In this document: positions 28,123 through 38,650 of the stretch, piece after piece
How the letters are laid out: every line of letters starts with the position of its first letter
Position numbering within the stretch: the stretch's first letter is position 1
NCBI GenBank assembly: GCA_938084555.1
Contig: CALKFR010000024.1
Span: forward strand, 1,824 to 65,823
DNA from: an uncultured Flavobacteriaceae bacterium
Lineage (GTDB): Bacteria; Bacteroidota; Bacteroidia; Flavobacteriales; Flavobacteriaceae
Direction of reading: 5' to 3'
Length of the DNA stretch: 64,000 bases
The notes under the pieces: model-generated
What the model saw: only the letters and a program-made list of their open reading frames with translations
What the model was told of the DNA's origin: nothing
Database searches by the model: none
Position numbers and translations under genes: made by a program

Positions 28123-28989
28123 ATGATTCAATCAATGACGGGTTACGGTAAATCCGTATTACACTTATCAGATAAAAAAGTAACTATAGAGATAAAGTCT
28201 TTAAATAGTAAGAATTTAGATTTAAATGTTCGTATTCCTTCGTATTATAGGATAAAAGAACTTGCTGTAAGAAAGGAATTGGCTTCTTCATTGGTAAGAG
28301 GGAAGGTAGATTTTTCTATTTATATTGAAATGACAGCAGACGAAACCTCTACCAAAGTAAATAAAGGTGTTGTTTCAGACTACATGCAGCAACTTAGAAA
28401 TGTAGTTCAAACAGGTTCTTCTAATGATGTAGAATTATTAAAAATGGCAGTTAAAATGCCAGATGCATTAAAAACAGAACGTGAGGAATTAAATGAAGAT
28501 GAATGGGAAGAAATCTACGTAAACATAAAAGAAGCTATCAAAGATCTTATTCAATATAGGATAGATGAAGCGGCATCTTTAGAGGATGATTTTAAACTGA
28601 GGATTAAAAATATTCAAAGCTTTCTGACGGAAGTAAATTCATTTGATGAGGCAAGAATAGAATTTGTAAAAGAGCGTTTAAGAAAAGCAATAGATGAGTT
28701 AAAAGTAAGTACTGATGAAAATCGTTTTGAACAAGAATTAATATACTATTTAGAAAAACTCGACATCAACGAAGAAAAGGTAAGGTTAGGAAATCATTTA
28801 AGCTATTTTTTACAAGAATTGGCTTCGCCAGATTCTAATGGGAAAAAATTAGGATTCATTGTACAAGAGATAGGTAGAGAGATAAATACTATAGGTTCTA
28901 AAGCTAACTTTGCTCCAATGCAAAAAGCTGTTATTCAAATGAAGAATGAGCTAGAAAAAATTAAAGAACAGATTTTAAACGTATTATAA
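28123..28989 (+). CDS. yicC: YicC/YloC family endoribonuclease
   Basis: MIQSMTGYG, RGKV, GKKLGFIVQEIGREINTIGSK, EKIKEQILNVL. Confidence 0.93.
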   Translation: MIQSMTGYGKSVLHLSDKKVTIEIKSLNSKNLDLNVRIPSYYRIKELAVRKELASSLVRGKVDFSIYIEMTADETSTKVNKGVVSDYMQQLRNVVQTGSSNDVELLKMAVKMPDALKTEREELNEDEWEEIYVNIKEAIKDLIQYRIDEAASLEDDFKLRIKNIQSFLTEVNSFDEARIEFVKERLRKAIDELKVSTDENRFEQELIYYLEKLDINEEKVRLGNHLSYFLQELASPDSNGKKLGFIVQEIGREINTIGSKANFAPMQKAVIQMKNELEKIKEQILNVL

Positions 28990-29034
28990 TTAAGATTATT
29001 AAAAATCTCTGTAAAAGAAGATATAACTTAAAAT

Positions 29035-29613
29035 ATGAATGAATTTAAAGGAAAATTAATTGTTTTTTCAGCACCCTCCGGATCAGGGAAGACCACTATT
29101 GTCCGTCACTTATTACATCAAGAAAAATTTGGGCTTGAGTTCTCAATATCTGCAACCTCCAGGAAGGCTAGAGGTAAAGAAATAGATGGGAAAGATTATT
29201 ATTTTATTTCTGCTAAAGAGTTTAAAAATAAAATTAAGCTCGATGAATTTTTGGAGTGGGAAGAAGTTTATATTGATAATTTTTATGGAACATTAAAAAC
29301 TGAAGTAGAAAGAATTTGGTCTAAAGGAAAACATGTAATCTTTGATATTGATGTGGCTGGAGGATTAAGAATTAAGAAAAAATTCCCAGAGCAAACATTG
29401 GCCGTTTTTGTTAAGCCACCAGACATTAATGAATTGATAATTAGATTAAAGCAAAGAGGTGAAGAATCTCCAGAAAAAATAGCGATGCGCGTTGCAAAAG
29501 CTCCAACAGAAATGGCAACAGCACCTCAGTTTGATACCATAATCTTAAATGATGATTTACCAACAGCATTACAAGATGCTGAAAATTTAGTTAATGATTT
29601 TTTAAATAAGTAA
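29035..29613 (+). CDS. gmk: guanylate kinase
   Basis: SAPSGSGKTT, SATSR, DGKDYYF, YGT. Confidence 0.96.
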   Translation: MNEFKGKLIVFSAPSGSGKTTIVRHLLHQEKFGLEFSISATSRKARGKEIDGKDYYFISAKEFKNKIKLDEFLEWEEVYIDNFYGTLKTEVERIWSKGKHVIFDIDVAGGLRIKKKFPEQTLAVFVKPPDINELIIRLKQRGEESPEKIAMRVAKAPTEMATAPQFDTIILNDDLPTALQDAENLVNDFLNK

Positions 29614-29615
29614 TC

Positions 29616-30197
29616 ATGAAGATTGGGTTGTATTTTGGAACTTTTAATCCAATTCATGTGGGTCATGTGATTATTGCTAATCATTTGGTAGAGTATTCAG
29701 ATTTAGATGAAATATGGATGGTGGTAACCCCACATAATCCACATAAAAATAAAAGTTCTCTTTTGGCAAATCACCATAGATTTGAACTCGTGTATTTAGC
29801 AGTTCAAAAATATGATAAAATTAAACCATCAGACATTGAGTTTAAATTGCCTCAACCTAATTATACAATTAACACGTTGGCCCATATAAATGAAAAATAC
29901 CCTCAACATGAGTTTAGTTTAATTATGGGAGAAGACAATTTAAAAAGTTTTCATAAATGGAAAAATTATGAAACTATTTTAGATAATCATGAGATCTATT
30001 GCTATCCTAGAATTTCTCAGGGAGAAATTAAAAGTAATTTCAACAATCACCCTAAAATCCATAAAATACAGGCCCCAGTTATTCAACTTTCAGCATCATT
30101 AATCCGTGAAGGAATAAAGAATAAAAAAAATGTAGCACCAATGCTTCCTATTGAAGCGTGGAAATATATTGATGAGATGAACTTCTACAGGAAATAA
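29616..30197 (+). CDS. nadD: nicotinate-nucleotide adenylyltransferase
   Basis: GTFNPIHVGH, YTINTL, IMGEDN, SASLIR. Confidence 0.96.
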   Translation: MKIGLYFGTFNPIHVGHVIIANHLVEYSDLDEIWMVVTPHNPHKNKSSLLANHHRFELVYLAVQKYDKIKPSDIEFKLPQPNYTINTLAHINEKYPQHEFSLIMGEDNLKSFHKWKNYETILDNHEIYCYPRISQGEIKSNFNNHPKIHKIQAPVIQLSASLIREGIKNKKNVAPMLPIEAWKYIDEMNFYRK

Positions 30198-30259
30198 ATA
30201 ATGACAACCAATCTATTTTATTCATTTTAATATAAAATACTCAAAACAAGGTTTCGTTG

Positions 30260-30267
30260 TATATTTG
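30260..30267 (+). promoter_or_regulatory. -7 promoter element of M23-GH3-MOSC unit
   Basis: TATATTTG 19 nt upstream of the ATG. Confidence 0.65.
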
Positions 30268-30286
30268 TGTTATCACATATTTTTAA

Positions 30287-31156
30287 ATGGCAAAAAACAA
30301 TAAAAATAAAGGGAAGTTAAAACAAAAACTTACAAATAAGTATCGTTTAGTTGTTTTAAATGAGAATACTTTTGAGGAAAGGTTTTCTTTGAAATTATCA
30401 CGCTTAAATATTTATATTTTGGGGGGGTTATTTTCAGTTACTTTGATTTTAGCCACAATTATATTAATTGCTTTTACTCCATTAAAAGAATATATCCCCG
30501 GATACTCTTCAACACAATTACAAAAAGATGCAACGAAACTTACCATAGATTCAGATTCTCTAAAAAATAGACTCTATATATTAGAGAAGTATACAAATTC
30601 CATCAAATCCGTATTAACAGGAGAGTTAACTTCAGATGACAAAATAGACTCTATTCAAGATTCAGCAAAAAGAATTCAAATAGATGAAAGTACCTTAGAC
30701 GCATCAAAACAAGATTCAATTTTTAGAGAAAAGATTGAAAGCCGAGATCGATTTCCTTTATCAGATGATTCGCAGAATAAACTAAAAATTGTATTTTTTG
30801 CACCTATAAGTGGTAATGTCTCCCAATCATTTAATTCTGAAAATAAACATTTTGCAATTGATGTGGTTGCTAAAGTTGGAACACCAGTAAAAGCAGCAGC
30901 AGATGGTACTGTAATTTTTTCTGAATGGACTACTGAAACAGGTTATGTAATTATTTTAAAACATGCCAATAATTTTATTTCTGTTTACAAACACAATGGA
31001 ACTTTATTGAAACAACAGGGTGATTTAGTACAATCTGGAGAAGCAATTGCAAGTATTGGTTCTTCGGGAGAATTAACAACTGGTCCTCATTTACATTTTG
31101 AGCTTTGGAGTGACGGTTATGCTGTAAACCCTGCCAACTACATAGATTTTAAATAA
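30287..31156 (+). CDS. membrane-anchored M23 family metallopeptidase
   Basis: N-terminal TM plus coiled coil; HFAID and GPHLHFE. Confidence 0.9.
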   Translation: MAKNNKNKGKLKQKLTNKYRLVVLNENTFEERFSLKLSRLNIYILGGLFSVTLILATIILIAFTPLKEYIPGYSSTQLQKDATKLTIDSDSLKNRLYILEKYTNSIKSVLTGELTSDDKIDSIQDSAKRIQIDESTLDASKQDSIFREKIESRDRFPLSDDSQNKLKIVFFAPISGNVSQSFNSENKHFAIDVVAKVGTPVKAAADGTVIFSEWTTETGYVIILKHANNFISVYKHNGTLLKQQGDLVQSGEAIASIGSSGELTTGPHLHFELWSDGYAVNPANYIDFK

Positions 31157-32653
31157 ATGAGTATTAAATCCATTTTAGCTATTCCATTTGCAAAAAAAAC
31201 TCAAAGAAAAGTCTATAAATGGGCTTTTGAGCCTCATAAAACTCAACAAAAGGTTTTTAAAGAACTTATAAAAAAAGGAAAGAATACAGCTTTTGGTAAA
31301 GATCACAATTTTCATAAAATCACTTCGTACTCAGAGTTTAAACAACAAGTAAAAATATCAGATTATGAGGGCTTAAGGGCTTATATAGATAGGGTTGTTT
31401 CTGGAGAAAAAAATGTGTTATGGAAAGGGAAACCAATCTATTTTGCAAAAACATCAGGTACTACTTCAGGCGCTAAGTATATTCCGATAACCAAAGAGTC
31501 GATGCCTACTCACATTAAAGCAGCAAAAGAAGCCTTACTATGTTATATCGCAGAAAAAAATGATGCTAGTTTTGTAAATGGTAAAATGATTTTTTTACAA
31601 GGAAGTCCTGTTTTAGAAATGTTAAATGGAATTAAATTAGGCAGATTGAGTGGAATTGTGGCCCATTATGTACCTAAATATTTATTAAAAAATAGATTGC
31701 CAAGTTGGGAAACCAATTGTATAGAAGATTGGGATACCAAAGTAAATGCAATTGTAAATGAAACTATTGATGAAGATATGTCAGTGATTAGTGGAATTCC
31801 TTCTTGGGTTCAGATGTATTTTGAAAAGCTGATTAAAAAAACTGGAAAAACCATTTCTGAAATTTTTCCAAATTTTAATTTTTTTATTTATGGTGGTGTA
31901 AATTTTGAACCTTATAAAAATAAGTTTGAGACTTTAATAGGAAAAAAAATAGATTACATTGAGTTATATCCAGCATCTGAGGGGTTTATTGCTTACCAAG
32001 ATTCTCAAACAGAACTTGGGATGTTATTGCAGTTAAACAGCGGGATTTTTTATGAATTTATCCCATCGGATCAATTTTTTGATGATAATCCTTCAAGAAT
32101 ATCTATAGAAGAGGTTCAGTTAGGAGTTAATTATGTGATTATTCTTAATACCACTGCAGGGTTATGGGGGTATAATATTGGTGATACTGTAGAGTTTACC
32201 TCATTAATGCCCTATAGAATTAAAGTAACAGGTAGAATTAAACATTTTATCTCTGCTTTTGGAGAACATGTGATAGGAAAAGAAGTTGAAAAAGCATTAA
32301 ATGATGCCATCAAAGGAACGGATATTAATGTTAGCGAATTTACAGTAGCTCCTCAAGTAAATCCAGAAATTGGACTGCCTTATCATGAATGGTTTATCGA
32401 ATTTGAAAATGAACCTGAAGACATCGATGCTTTTGCCTTAAAAATTGATGCAGCTATGCAAGTCCAAAATGTATATTATTTTGACTTAATAGAAGGAAAA
32501 ATACTCCAGCCATTGATAGTACGAAAAGTAAAAAAAGGAGGCTTTCATGAATACATGAAATCTATAGGTAAGTTTGGTGGACAAAATAAAATTCCACAAT
32601 TGTCAGACAATAGAAAGATAGCAGAGGTATTACAAGATTTTTTGAAAGGTTAG
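31157..32653 (+). CDS. GH3 family acyl-acid amido synthetase-like protein
   Basis: FAKTSGTTSG (motif I), YPASEG (motif II), YNIGD (motif III), GQNKIPQL C-terminus. Confidence 0.88.
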   Translation: MSIKSILAIPFAKKTQRKVYKWAFEPHKTQQKVFKELIKKGKNTAFGKDHNFHKITSYSEFKQQVKISDYEGLRAYIDRVVSGEKNVLWKGKPIYFAKTSGTTSGAKYIPITKESMPTHIKAAKEALLCYIAEKNDASFVNGKMIFLQGSPVLEMLNGIKLGRLSGIVAHYVPKYLLKNRLPSWETNCIEDWDTKVNAIVNETIDEDMSVISGIPSWVQMYFEKLIKKTGKTISEIFPNFNFFIYGGVNFEPYKNKFETLIGKKIDYIELYPASEGFIAYQDSQTELGMLLQLNSGIFYEFIPSDQFFDDNPSRISIEEVQLGVNYVIILNTTAGLWGYNIGDTVEFTSLMPYRIKVTGRIKHFISAFGEHVIGKEVEKALNDAIKGTDINVSEFTVAPQVNPEIGLPYHEWFIEFENEPEDIDAFALKIDAAMQVQNVYYFDLIEGKILQPLIVRKVKKGGFHEYMKSIGKFGGQNKIPQLSDNRKIAEVLQDFLKG

Positions 32654-32690
32654 TATACTCGGCGTTAATATATCTATAAAATAAAATAAT

Positions 32691-33248
32691 ATGAAAATTA
32701 TTGCAACCAACATTGGAGATCGAAAAGACATCAATTGGAAAGGAAAAATAATCACAACAGGAATTTTTAAATTTCCAGTTGACATTCCTATTTTTCTTGA
32801 CAAAGAAGATGTAAAAGGAGATGTAATTTGCAATAGAGAACATCATGGTGGTGTTGAGCAGGCAGTTTATGGATATTCAGAAGCACATTATGCTTATTGG
32901 AAGCATCGGTATACCTCATTAGATTGGCAATATGGTATGTTTGGAGAAAACTTAACTATAGATCATTTAGAAGAAACAAAAATTCATGTTGGCGATACGT
33001 TTAGGGTCGGAGAATGTATTTTAGAAGCCACTAAACAGAGAAATCCTTGTGTAAAATTAGGAGTTCGTTTTAACGACATGAATATTGTGAAGCAATTCTG
33101 GAACACCACAATGTGTGGAGTATATTTTAAAGTTATACAAACTGGAAATGTAAAAGTTGGAGATGCTTTTGAGCTTATAAAAAAATGCCCAGAAAATCCA
33201 ACAATATCAGATTTATATATCGCAAAAAGGATACGTAAGGGAATATAG
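32691..33248 (+). CDS. MOSC domain protein (YiiM-like)
   Basis: TGIFK, HHGG, FGENLT, RNPCVKL, GVYFKV. Confidence 0.88.
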   Translation: MKIIATNIGDRKDINWKGKIITTGIFKFPVDIPIFLDKEDVKGDVICNREHHGGVEQAVYGYSEAHYAYWKHRYTSLDWQYGMFGENLTIDHLEETKIHVGDTFRVGECILEATKQRNPCVKLGVRFNDMNIVKQFWNTTMCGVYFKVIQTGNVKVGDAFELIKKCPENPTISDLYIAKRIRKGI

Positions 33249-33252
33249 ATAA

Positions 33253-34398
33253 TTAAATTGTTTTCTCTTTTTTATGAAGGAAGCGTGTTAATTTCATAGA
33301 AAGATCTAACAAAATAATCTTAGCATTTCCATTTCTTTCAATATGGTACAATGCATCATTTAATTCTTTTTCTATTAATAATATATTTTCACTGTGAACA
33401 AAAGGAGCAAAATTTTGTAAATTAAATTCGGATGTTTTTATTTCTAAGAAAACTAACTCTGGAGATTTATAATTAAGTAATAAGGCCTGTCTAAAAAACT
33501 GCATACAATAGGCTAAAAATTGTTTTTGAGTTTCTCTACCAGATTTTGCAATAGTCTCAGACCAAACCACTAATTCTTGAATAACAGCAGCATTTCCTTT
33601 AGCTTTAAAAGCAGTACGAATCCAGGTAATAAACCACTCCTCAAAAATAAGATCATTAGAATCTTGATGAAGTAGTTGAACTGCCTTATTGTAATTCCCT
33701 TCAGCTTGAGTTGCTATTTTTAAGGCTTCACTTTCTGATGAATTTTCTCTTGCTACCAAGCTCATGGCAATATCTTTTTCACTTAAGACTGGAAAGTGCA
33801 ATGCTTGGCAACGTGATTTTATGGTATTAATTATTTGATCTTCATTTTCAGTAATTAATAAGAAAATTGTTTTTGCAGGAGGTTCTTCAATCAACTTTAA
33901 TAATTTATTCGCAGCTGCAGTATTCATTTTTTCTGCCATCCAAATAATCATCACTTTAAAACCGCCCTCATAAGATTTAAGTTGTAATTTTTTTACAACT
34001 TCTAGAGCTTCATCAACCCCAATCATTCCTTGCTTATTTTCTACACCAATAGACTGCAGCCAATTAAAAAGGCTCCCATAAGGTTGATTTTTTACAAAAT
34101 CTCTCCATTCAGTTAAAAATAAATTACTAACGGGATGTTTTTTAACAGAATCATTGGTGGTTACCGGAAAGGCAAAGTGTAAATCTGGATGTTGTAGTTT
34201 GTCTACTTTTAATTCACTTGCATTAGGGTTGTCAGAAAAATGACTTAATAAAAATTGTGCGTAAGCAATAGCAACGGGTAAAGTTCCAGAACCTTCTTTT
34301 CCAATAAATAATTGTGCATGAGGAATTCTTCCATTTTTAGCAGAAGCCAATAAATGGTTTTTTATATGTTCCTGACCAATAATTTGATTAAAAAGCAT
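33253..34398 (-). CDS. holB: DNA polymerase III delta' subunit
   Basis: IPHAQLFIG, HPDLH, AANKLLKLIEEPP, TIKSRC; start MLFNQIIGQ. Confidence 0.93.
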   Translation of the reverse strand: MLFNQIIGQEHIKNHLLASAKNGRIPHAQLFIGKEGSGTLPVAIAYAQFLLSHFSDNPNASELKVDKLQHPDLHFAFPVTTNDSVKKHPVSNLFLTEWRDFVKNQPYGSLFNWLQSIGVENKQGMIGVDEALEVVKKLQLKSYEGGFKVMIIWMAEKMNTAAANKLLKLIEEPPAKTIFLLITENEDQIINTIKSRCQALHFPVLSEKDIAMSLVARENSSESEALKIATQAEGNYNKAVQLLHQDSNDLIFEEWFITWIRTAFKAKGNAAVIQELVVWSETIAKSGRETQKQFLAYCMQFFRQALLLNYKSPELVFLEIKTSEFNLQNFAPFVHSENILLIEKELNDALYHIERNGNAKIILLDLSMKLTRFLHKKEKTI

Positions 34399-34503
34399 AT
34401 CACAAATATAAGCGATAATTTTACGCAAACGTTATATTAACTTTTCAGTTTTCAATTTCTGTGAACCCCTTTTATTAGCTATTTTTGTGTAAAATATTTA
34501 ACA

Positions 34504-35691
34504 ATGAAAACCATACAAGACTTCAACTTTAAAAATAAAAAAGCATTAATACGTGTAGATTTTAATGTTCCTCTAAATAACAACTTTGAAGTAACAGATG
34601 CTACAAGAATAGAAGCAGCAAAACCTACAATAAAAAAGATTTTAGAAGATGGTGGTTCTGTTGTTTTGATGTCTCATTTAGGAAGACCTAAAGGAGTAGA
34701 GGCCGCCTATTCATTGAAGCATATTGTAGATAAAGTAACCGAAGTTATAGGAGTTCAAGTTAAATTTGTAGCTGATTGTATTGGAGAAAAAGTAACCGAA
34801 GCTGTAAATAGCTTACAAAATGGCGAAATTTTATTGTTAGAAAATCTTCGCTTTTATCCAGAGGAAACTGCAGGGGACGAAAATTTCTCAGAACAACTGT
34901 CAAAAAATGGAGACATCTATGTTAATGATGCTTTTGGGACTGCTCATAGAGCCCATGCCTCTACTACAATTGTAGCAAAATATTTTTCAGAATACAAATG
35001 TTTTGGAAATTTACTAGCCAAAGAAATAGAAAGTATAGATAAAGTATTAAATACTAGTGAGAAGCCTGTTTTAGCTATTTTAGGAGGAGCGAAAGTATCT
35101 TCAAAAATTACTGTGATAGAAAATATTTTAGATAAAGTAGATCATCTAATTATTGGAGGTGGGATGACCTTTACATTTATAAAAGCACAAGGAGGCAGTG
35201 TTGGAGATTCTATTTGTGAAGATGATAAAATGAAATTGGCTTTAGAAATTCTAGAAAAAGCAGCCGCTAAAAATGTTAAAATTCACCTTCCTGTAGATGT
35301 GTTAGCAGCAGATGATTTTTCTAATGATGCCAATACTCAGATATTAGATGTTACTCAAATACCAGTTGGCTGGCAAGGTTTAGACGCTGGTCCAAAATCT
35401 CAGGTAATTTTTGATAAAGTTGTTAATTCATCTAAAACCATTTTATGGAACGGCCCTTTAGGAGTTTTTGAATTAGAAACTTTTTCTAAAGGAACCATTG
35501 CACTTGGGAATTCTATTGATAACGCAACTCAAAATGGTGCTTTTTCTTTAGTTGGAGGAGGAGATTCTGTAGCAGCAGTAAAACAATTTGGTTTTGCAGA
35601 CAAAGTAAGTTACGTATCTACTGGTGGAGGTGCCATGTTAGAAACATTAGAAGGTAAAAATTTACCTGGAATTAGCGCCATACTTTCTTAG
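34504..35691 (+). CDS. pgk: phosphoglycerate kinase
   Basis: [32 protein letters not shown]. Confidence 0.98.
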   Translation: MKTIQDFNFKNKKALIRVDFNVPLNNNFEVTDATRIEAAKPTIKKILEDGGSVVLMSHLGRPKGVEAAYSLKHIVDKVTEVIGVQVKFVADCIGEKVTEAVNSLQNGEILLLENLRFYPEETAGDENFSEQLSKNGDIYVNDAFGTAHRAHASTTIVAKYFSEYKCFGNLLAKEIESIDKVLNTSEKPVLAILGGAKVSSKITVIENILDKVDHLIIGGGMTFTFIKAQGGSVGDSICEDDKMKLALEILEKAAAKNVKIHLPVDVLAADDFSNDANTQILDVTQIPVGWQGLDAGPKSQVIFDKVVNSSKTILWNGPLGVFELETFSKGTIALGNSIDNATQNGAFSLVGGGDSVAAVKQFGFADKVSYVSTGGGAMLETLEGKNLPGISAILS

Positions 35692-35731
35692 AGAATATTC
35701 TTATATTTAGACTTTATAAAAGAATATATTA

Positions 35732-35763
35732 CAAGATGATTCGCTAGTCAGCGAATCATCTTG
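35732..35763. repeat. perfect 14-bp inverted repeat between pgk and tas-like gene
   Basis: caagatgattcgct-agtc-agcgaatcatcttg. Confidence 0.85.
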
Positions 35764-35777
35764 CTTTCAAAAAAAAT

Positions 35778-36818
35778 ATGAAATACACTACACTACCTAA
35801 AACTAGTATTAAAGTTTCAAAAATTTGTTTAGGGACGATGACTTGGGGGAACCAAAATACCCAAGAAGAAGCATTTGAACAAATGGATTATGCTCTTGAA
35901 CAAGGAGTAAATTTCTTTGACACAGCAGAATTATATCCTGTCCCCGCAACCCCAGCAACCTACGCAGATACAGAACGGATTATTGGGAATTGGTTTCAAA
36001 AAACAGGGAATAGAGATAAGATTGTTTTAGCGAGTAAAATAGCAGGTGGAGGAGACTATACAAAGCATATTAGAACAGGAGGGTTTACCAAACAAAATAT
36101 TACGGAAGCCATAGAAGGGAGTTTACAGCGATTGCAAACAGACTATCTAGATTTATACCAATTGCATTGGCCTTCTAGAGGCGTAAATTGTTTTGGTGTT
36201 AGAGATTACCCCTATGAAATAGCTACAAAAGAAGCAGAAAACCACCTAGAAATTTTAGAGACCTTACATACTTTTGTAAAAGCAGGAACTATAAGAGCAA
36301 TAGGTCTTTCTAACGAAACACCCTGGGGTACTATGAAATACCTCCAAACAGCTCATGATCACAACTTGCCAAGACCAGTTACCCTTCAAAATTCGTATTC
36401 GTTAATTCATAGAGGTTATGAAGTTGGACTGTCTGAAGTATCCATGAGAGAAGACATAGGTTTATTGGCCTATTCACCCTTGGCTCAAGGGGTATTGTCT
36501 GGAAAATATTTAGATGGGAAAAGCCCAGAAGGATCTCGAGGGAATTTATTTCCAAGATTTATTGCACGTTATATGGGTGATGGTTCCAGTGAAGCCGTAA
36601 AAAGATACCAAGCAATTGCTAAAAATAATGGAATTACTCTATCAGAATTATCATTGGCTTTTGTAAATCAATTGCCATTTGTAACCAGTAATATCATTGG
36701 AGCTACCAAGATGAGTCAGCTTAAAGAAAATATTGGGAGTATTCACATAGAATTATCGAAGCAAACCTTGCAAGACATTCAAGAAGTACATGCGATGATC
36801 CCTAACCCTGCTCCTTAA
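35778..36818 (+). CDS. aldo/keto reductase (Tas-like)
   Basis: CLGTMTWG, FDTAELY, DLYQLHWP, IGLSNETPWG, LAYSPLA. Confidence 0.92.
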   Translation: MKYTTLPKTSIKVSKICLGTMTWGNQNTQEEAFEQMDYALEQGVNFFDTAELYPVPATPATYADTERIIGNWFQKTGNRDKIVLASKIAGGGDYTKHIRTGGFTKQNITEAIEGSLQRLQTDYLDLYQLHWPSRGVNCFGVRDYPYEIATKEAENHLEILETLHTFVKAGTIRAIGLSNETPWGTMKYLQTAHDHNLPRPVTLQNSYSLIHRGYEVGLSEVSMREDIGLLAYSPLAQGVLSGKYLDGKSPEGSRGNLFPRFIARYMGDGSSEAVKRYQAIAKNNGITLSELSLAFVNQLPFVTSNIIGATKMSQLKENIGSIHIELSKQTLQDIQEVHAMIPNPAP

Positions 36819-36826
36819 TATATTTC

Positions 36827-38521
36827 TTATTTGTTTTGTTTAGAAGCCCAATTATCTCTTAGTCCAACAGTTTTATTGAAAACTAAAGTACTTGATGTTG
36901 TATCATCATCAACATTAAAATATCCTAAGCGTTGAAATTGAAATCGTTCTCCTATACTAGCAGACTGTAAACTAGGTTCTACGAAAGCATTGATAACCTC
37001 TAAAGAGTTAGGATTTAAGAACTCCATAAAGTCTTTTTCTTTATGACTATCAGGAGCTTCGTCTGAAAATAATCGATCGTAAGATCTCACCTCAGCGTTA
37101 ATGGCGTGTTTTATAGACACCCAATGTAAAGTTCCTTTTACTTTACGTGTACTTTCTTCAGTTCCGCTTCCAGATTTACTCAAAGGATCATAAGTACATT
37201 GAATCTCTATGATATTACCGCTAGTGTCTTTGGTACAACTTTCTGCTTTAATGATGTATGCATTTTTTAATCGAACTTCTTTACCTAATTTTAATCGAAA
37301 GAATTTTTTATTTGCCTCTTCTCTAAAGTCTTCTTTTTCTATGTAGATTTCTCTTGAAAAAGGAACTTCTCTAGATCCAAAACCTTCTTCATAATCATTA
37401 TAATTTGCGTCTAAAATTTCTTCTTGACCTTCAGGATAATTAGTAATGACCACTTTTACAGGATCTAAAACCCCCATTACTCTTTTGGCTGTTTTATTTA
37501 AGTCTTCACGAATTTTAAATTCTAATAAAGCCACATCAATAATATTTTCACGTTTAGAAACCCCTACTGTTTCAATAAAACTTTTAATTGATGCAGGGGT
37601 ATATCCACGCCTTCTTAATCCGGAAATAGTTGGCATTCTTGGGTCATCCCATCCTGAAACTATTCCTTCTTCAACTAAACGCATTAATTTACGCTTACTC
37701 ATAATGGTATAGCTTAAGTTTAAACGAGAAAATTCTCTTTGTTTTGGTGGGTTAGGAAATGTTGCTTTCCCATATTCATATACATGATCTCGAAACCAGT
37801 TATACAAATCTCTGTGGGGTTTAAATTCTAATGAACATAAAGAATGTGAAATCTGCTCTATATAATCACTTTCTCCGTGGGTCCAATCATACATTGGATA
37901 AATATTCCAATCGTTTCCTGTTCTATGGTGTTCTTTATATAAAACACGATACATGATAGGATCTCTAAGCAACATATTAGGGCTGGTCATATCTATTTTA
38001 GCACGTAAGATATGTTCCCCTTCTTTAAACTCACCATTTTTCATTTTTTGGAATAATTCCAAATTTTCAGCTACAGAACGAGTTCTGAAAGGACTGTTAG
38101 TTCCCGGTTCAGTTGGTGTTCCTTTCTGTTCTCTCATCTGTTCTGATGATTGACTATCTACATAGGCATTCCCATCTTTTATCATTAAAATTGCCCAGTC
38201 GTACAATTGCTGAAAATAATCTGAAGAATACAATTCATTGGCCCATTTATACCCTAACCAGATGATATCATTTTTAATAGCATCTACATATTCTTGTTCT
38301 TCTTTTGCTGGATTTGTATCGTCAAAACGTAAGTTTACAGGAGCATTATATTGTTCTCCCAATCCAAAACTAATTCCAATAGCCTTTGTATGACCTATGT
38401 GTAAATATCCGTTCGGTTCTGGAGGGAATCGGAAGCGTAGGTTTTCTTTAGGCATTCCGTTAGCCAAATCTTCTTCAATAATTTGCTCAATAAAATTGAG
38501 TGATTTTTTTTCTTCAGACAT
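36827..38521 (-). CDS. glnS: glutamine--tRNA ligase
   Basis: RFPPEPNGYLHIGH, MSKRKL, WDDPRMPT, FQFQRLGYF. Confidence 0.97.
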   Translation of the reverse strand: MSEEKKSLNFIEQIIEEDLANGMPKENLRFRFPPEPNGYLHIGHTKAIGISFGLGEQYNAPVNLRFDDTNPAKEEQEYVDAIKNDIIWLGYKWANELYSSDYFQQLYDWAILMIKDGNAYVDSQSSEQMREQKGTPTEPGTNSPFRTRSVAENLELFQKMKNGEFKEGEHILRAKIDMTSPNMLLRDPIMYRVLYKEHHRTGNDWNIYPMYDWTHGESDYIEQISHSLCSLEFKPHRDLYNWFRDHVYEYGKATFPNPPKQREFSRLNLSYTIMSKRKLMRLVEEGIVSGWDDPRMPTISGLRRRGYTPASIKSFIETVGVSKRENIIDVALLEFKIREDLNKTAKRVMGVLDPVKVVITNYPEGQEEILDANYNDYEEGFGSREVPFSREIYIEKEDFREEANKKFFRLKLGKEVRLKNAYIIKAESCTKDTSGNIIEIQCTYDPLSKSGSGTEESTRKVKGTLHWVSIKHAINAEVRSYDRLFSDEAPDSHKEKDFMEFLNPNSLEVINAFVEPSLQSASIGERFQFQRLGYFNVDDDTTSSTLVFNKTVGLRDNWASKQNK

Positions 38522-38650
38522 TGATTTCCAACTAAAATTCAGTTGACAAAATTAAACAAAATAAGCGGATTTCTGAGTCATTATAATTTTGATTACTTTA
38601 AGAAATAAAATTATTTATTTGTAGTAATTTTGAAATCTTAAATAGTTTTA

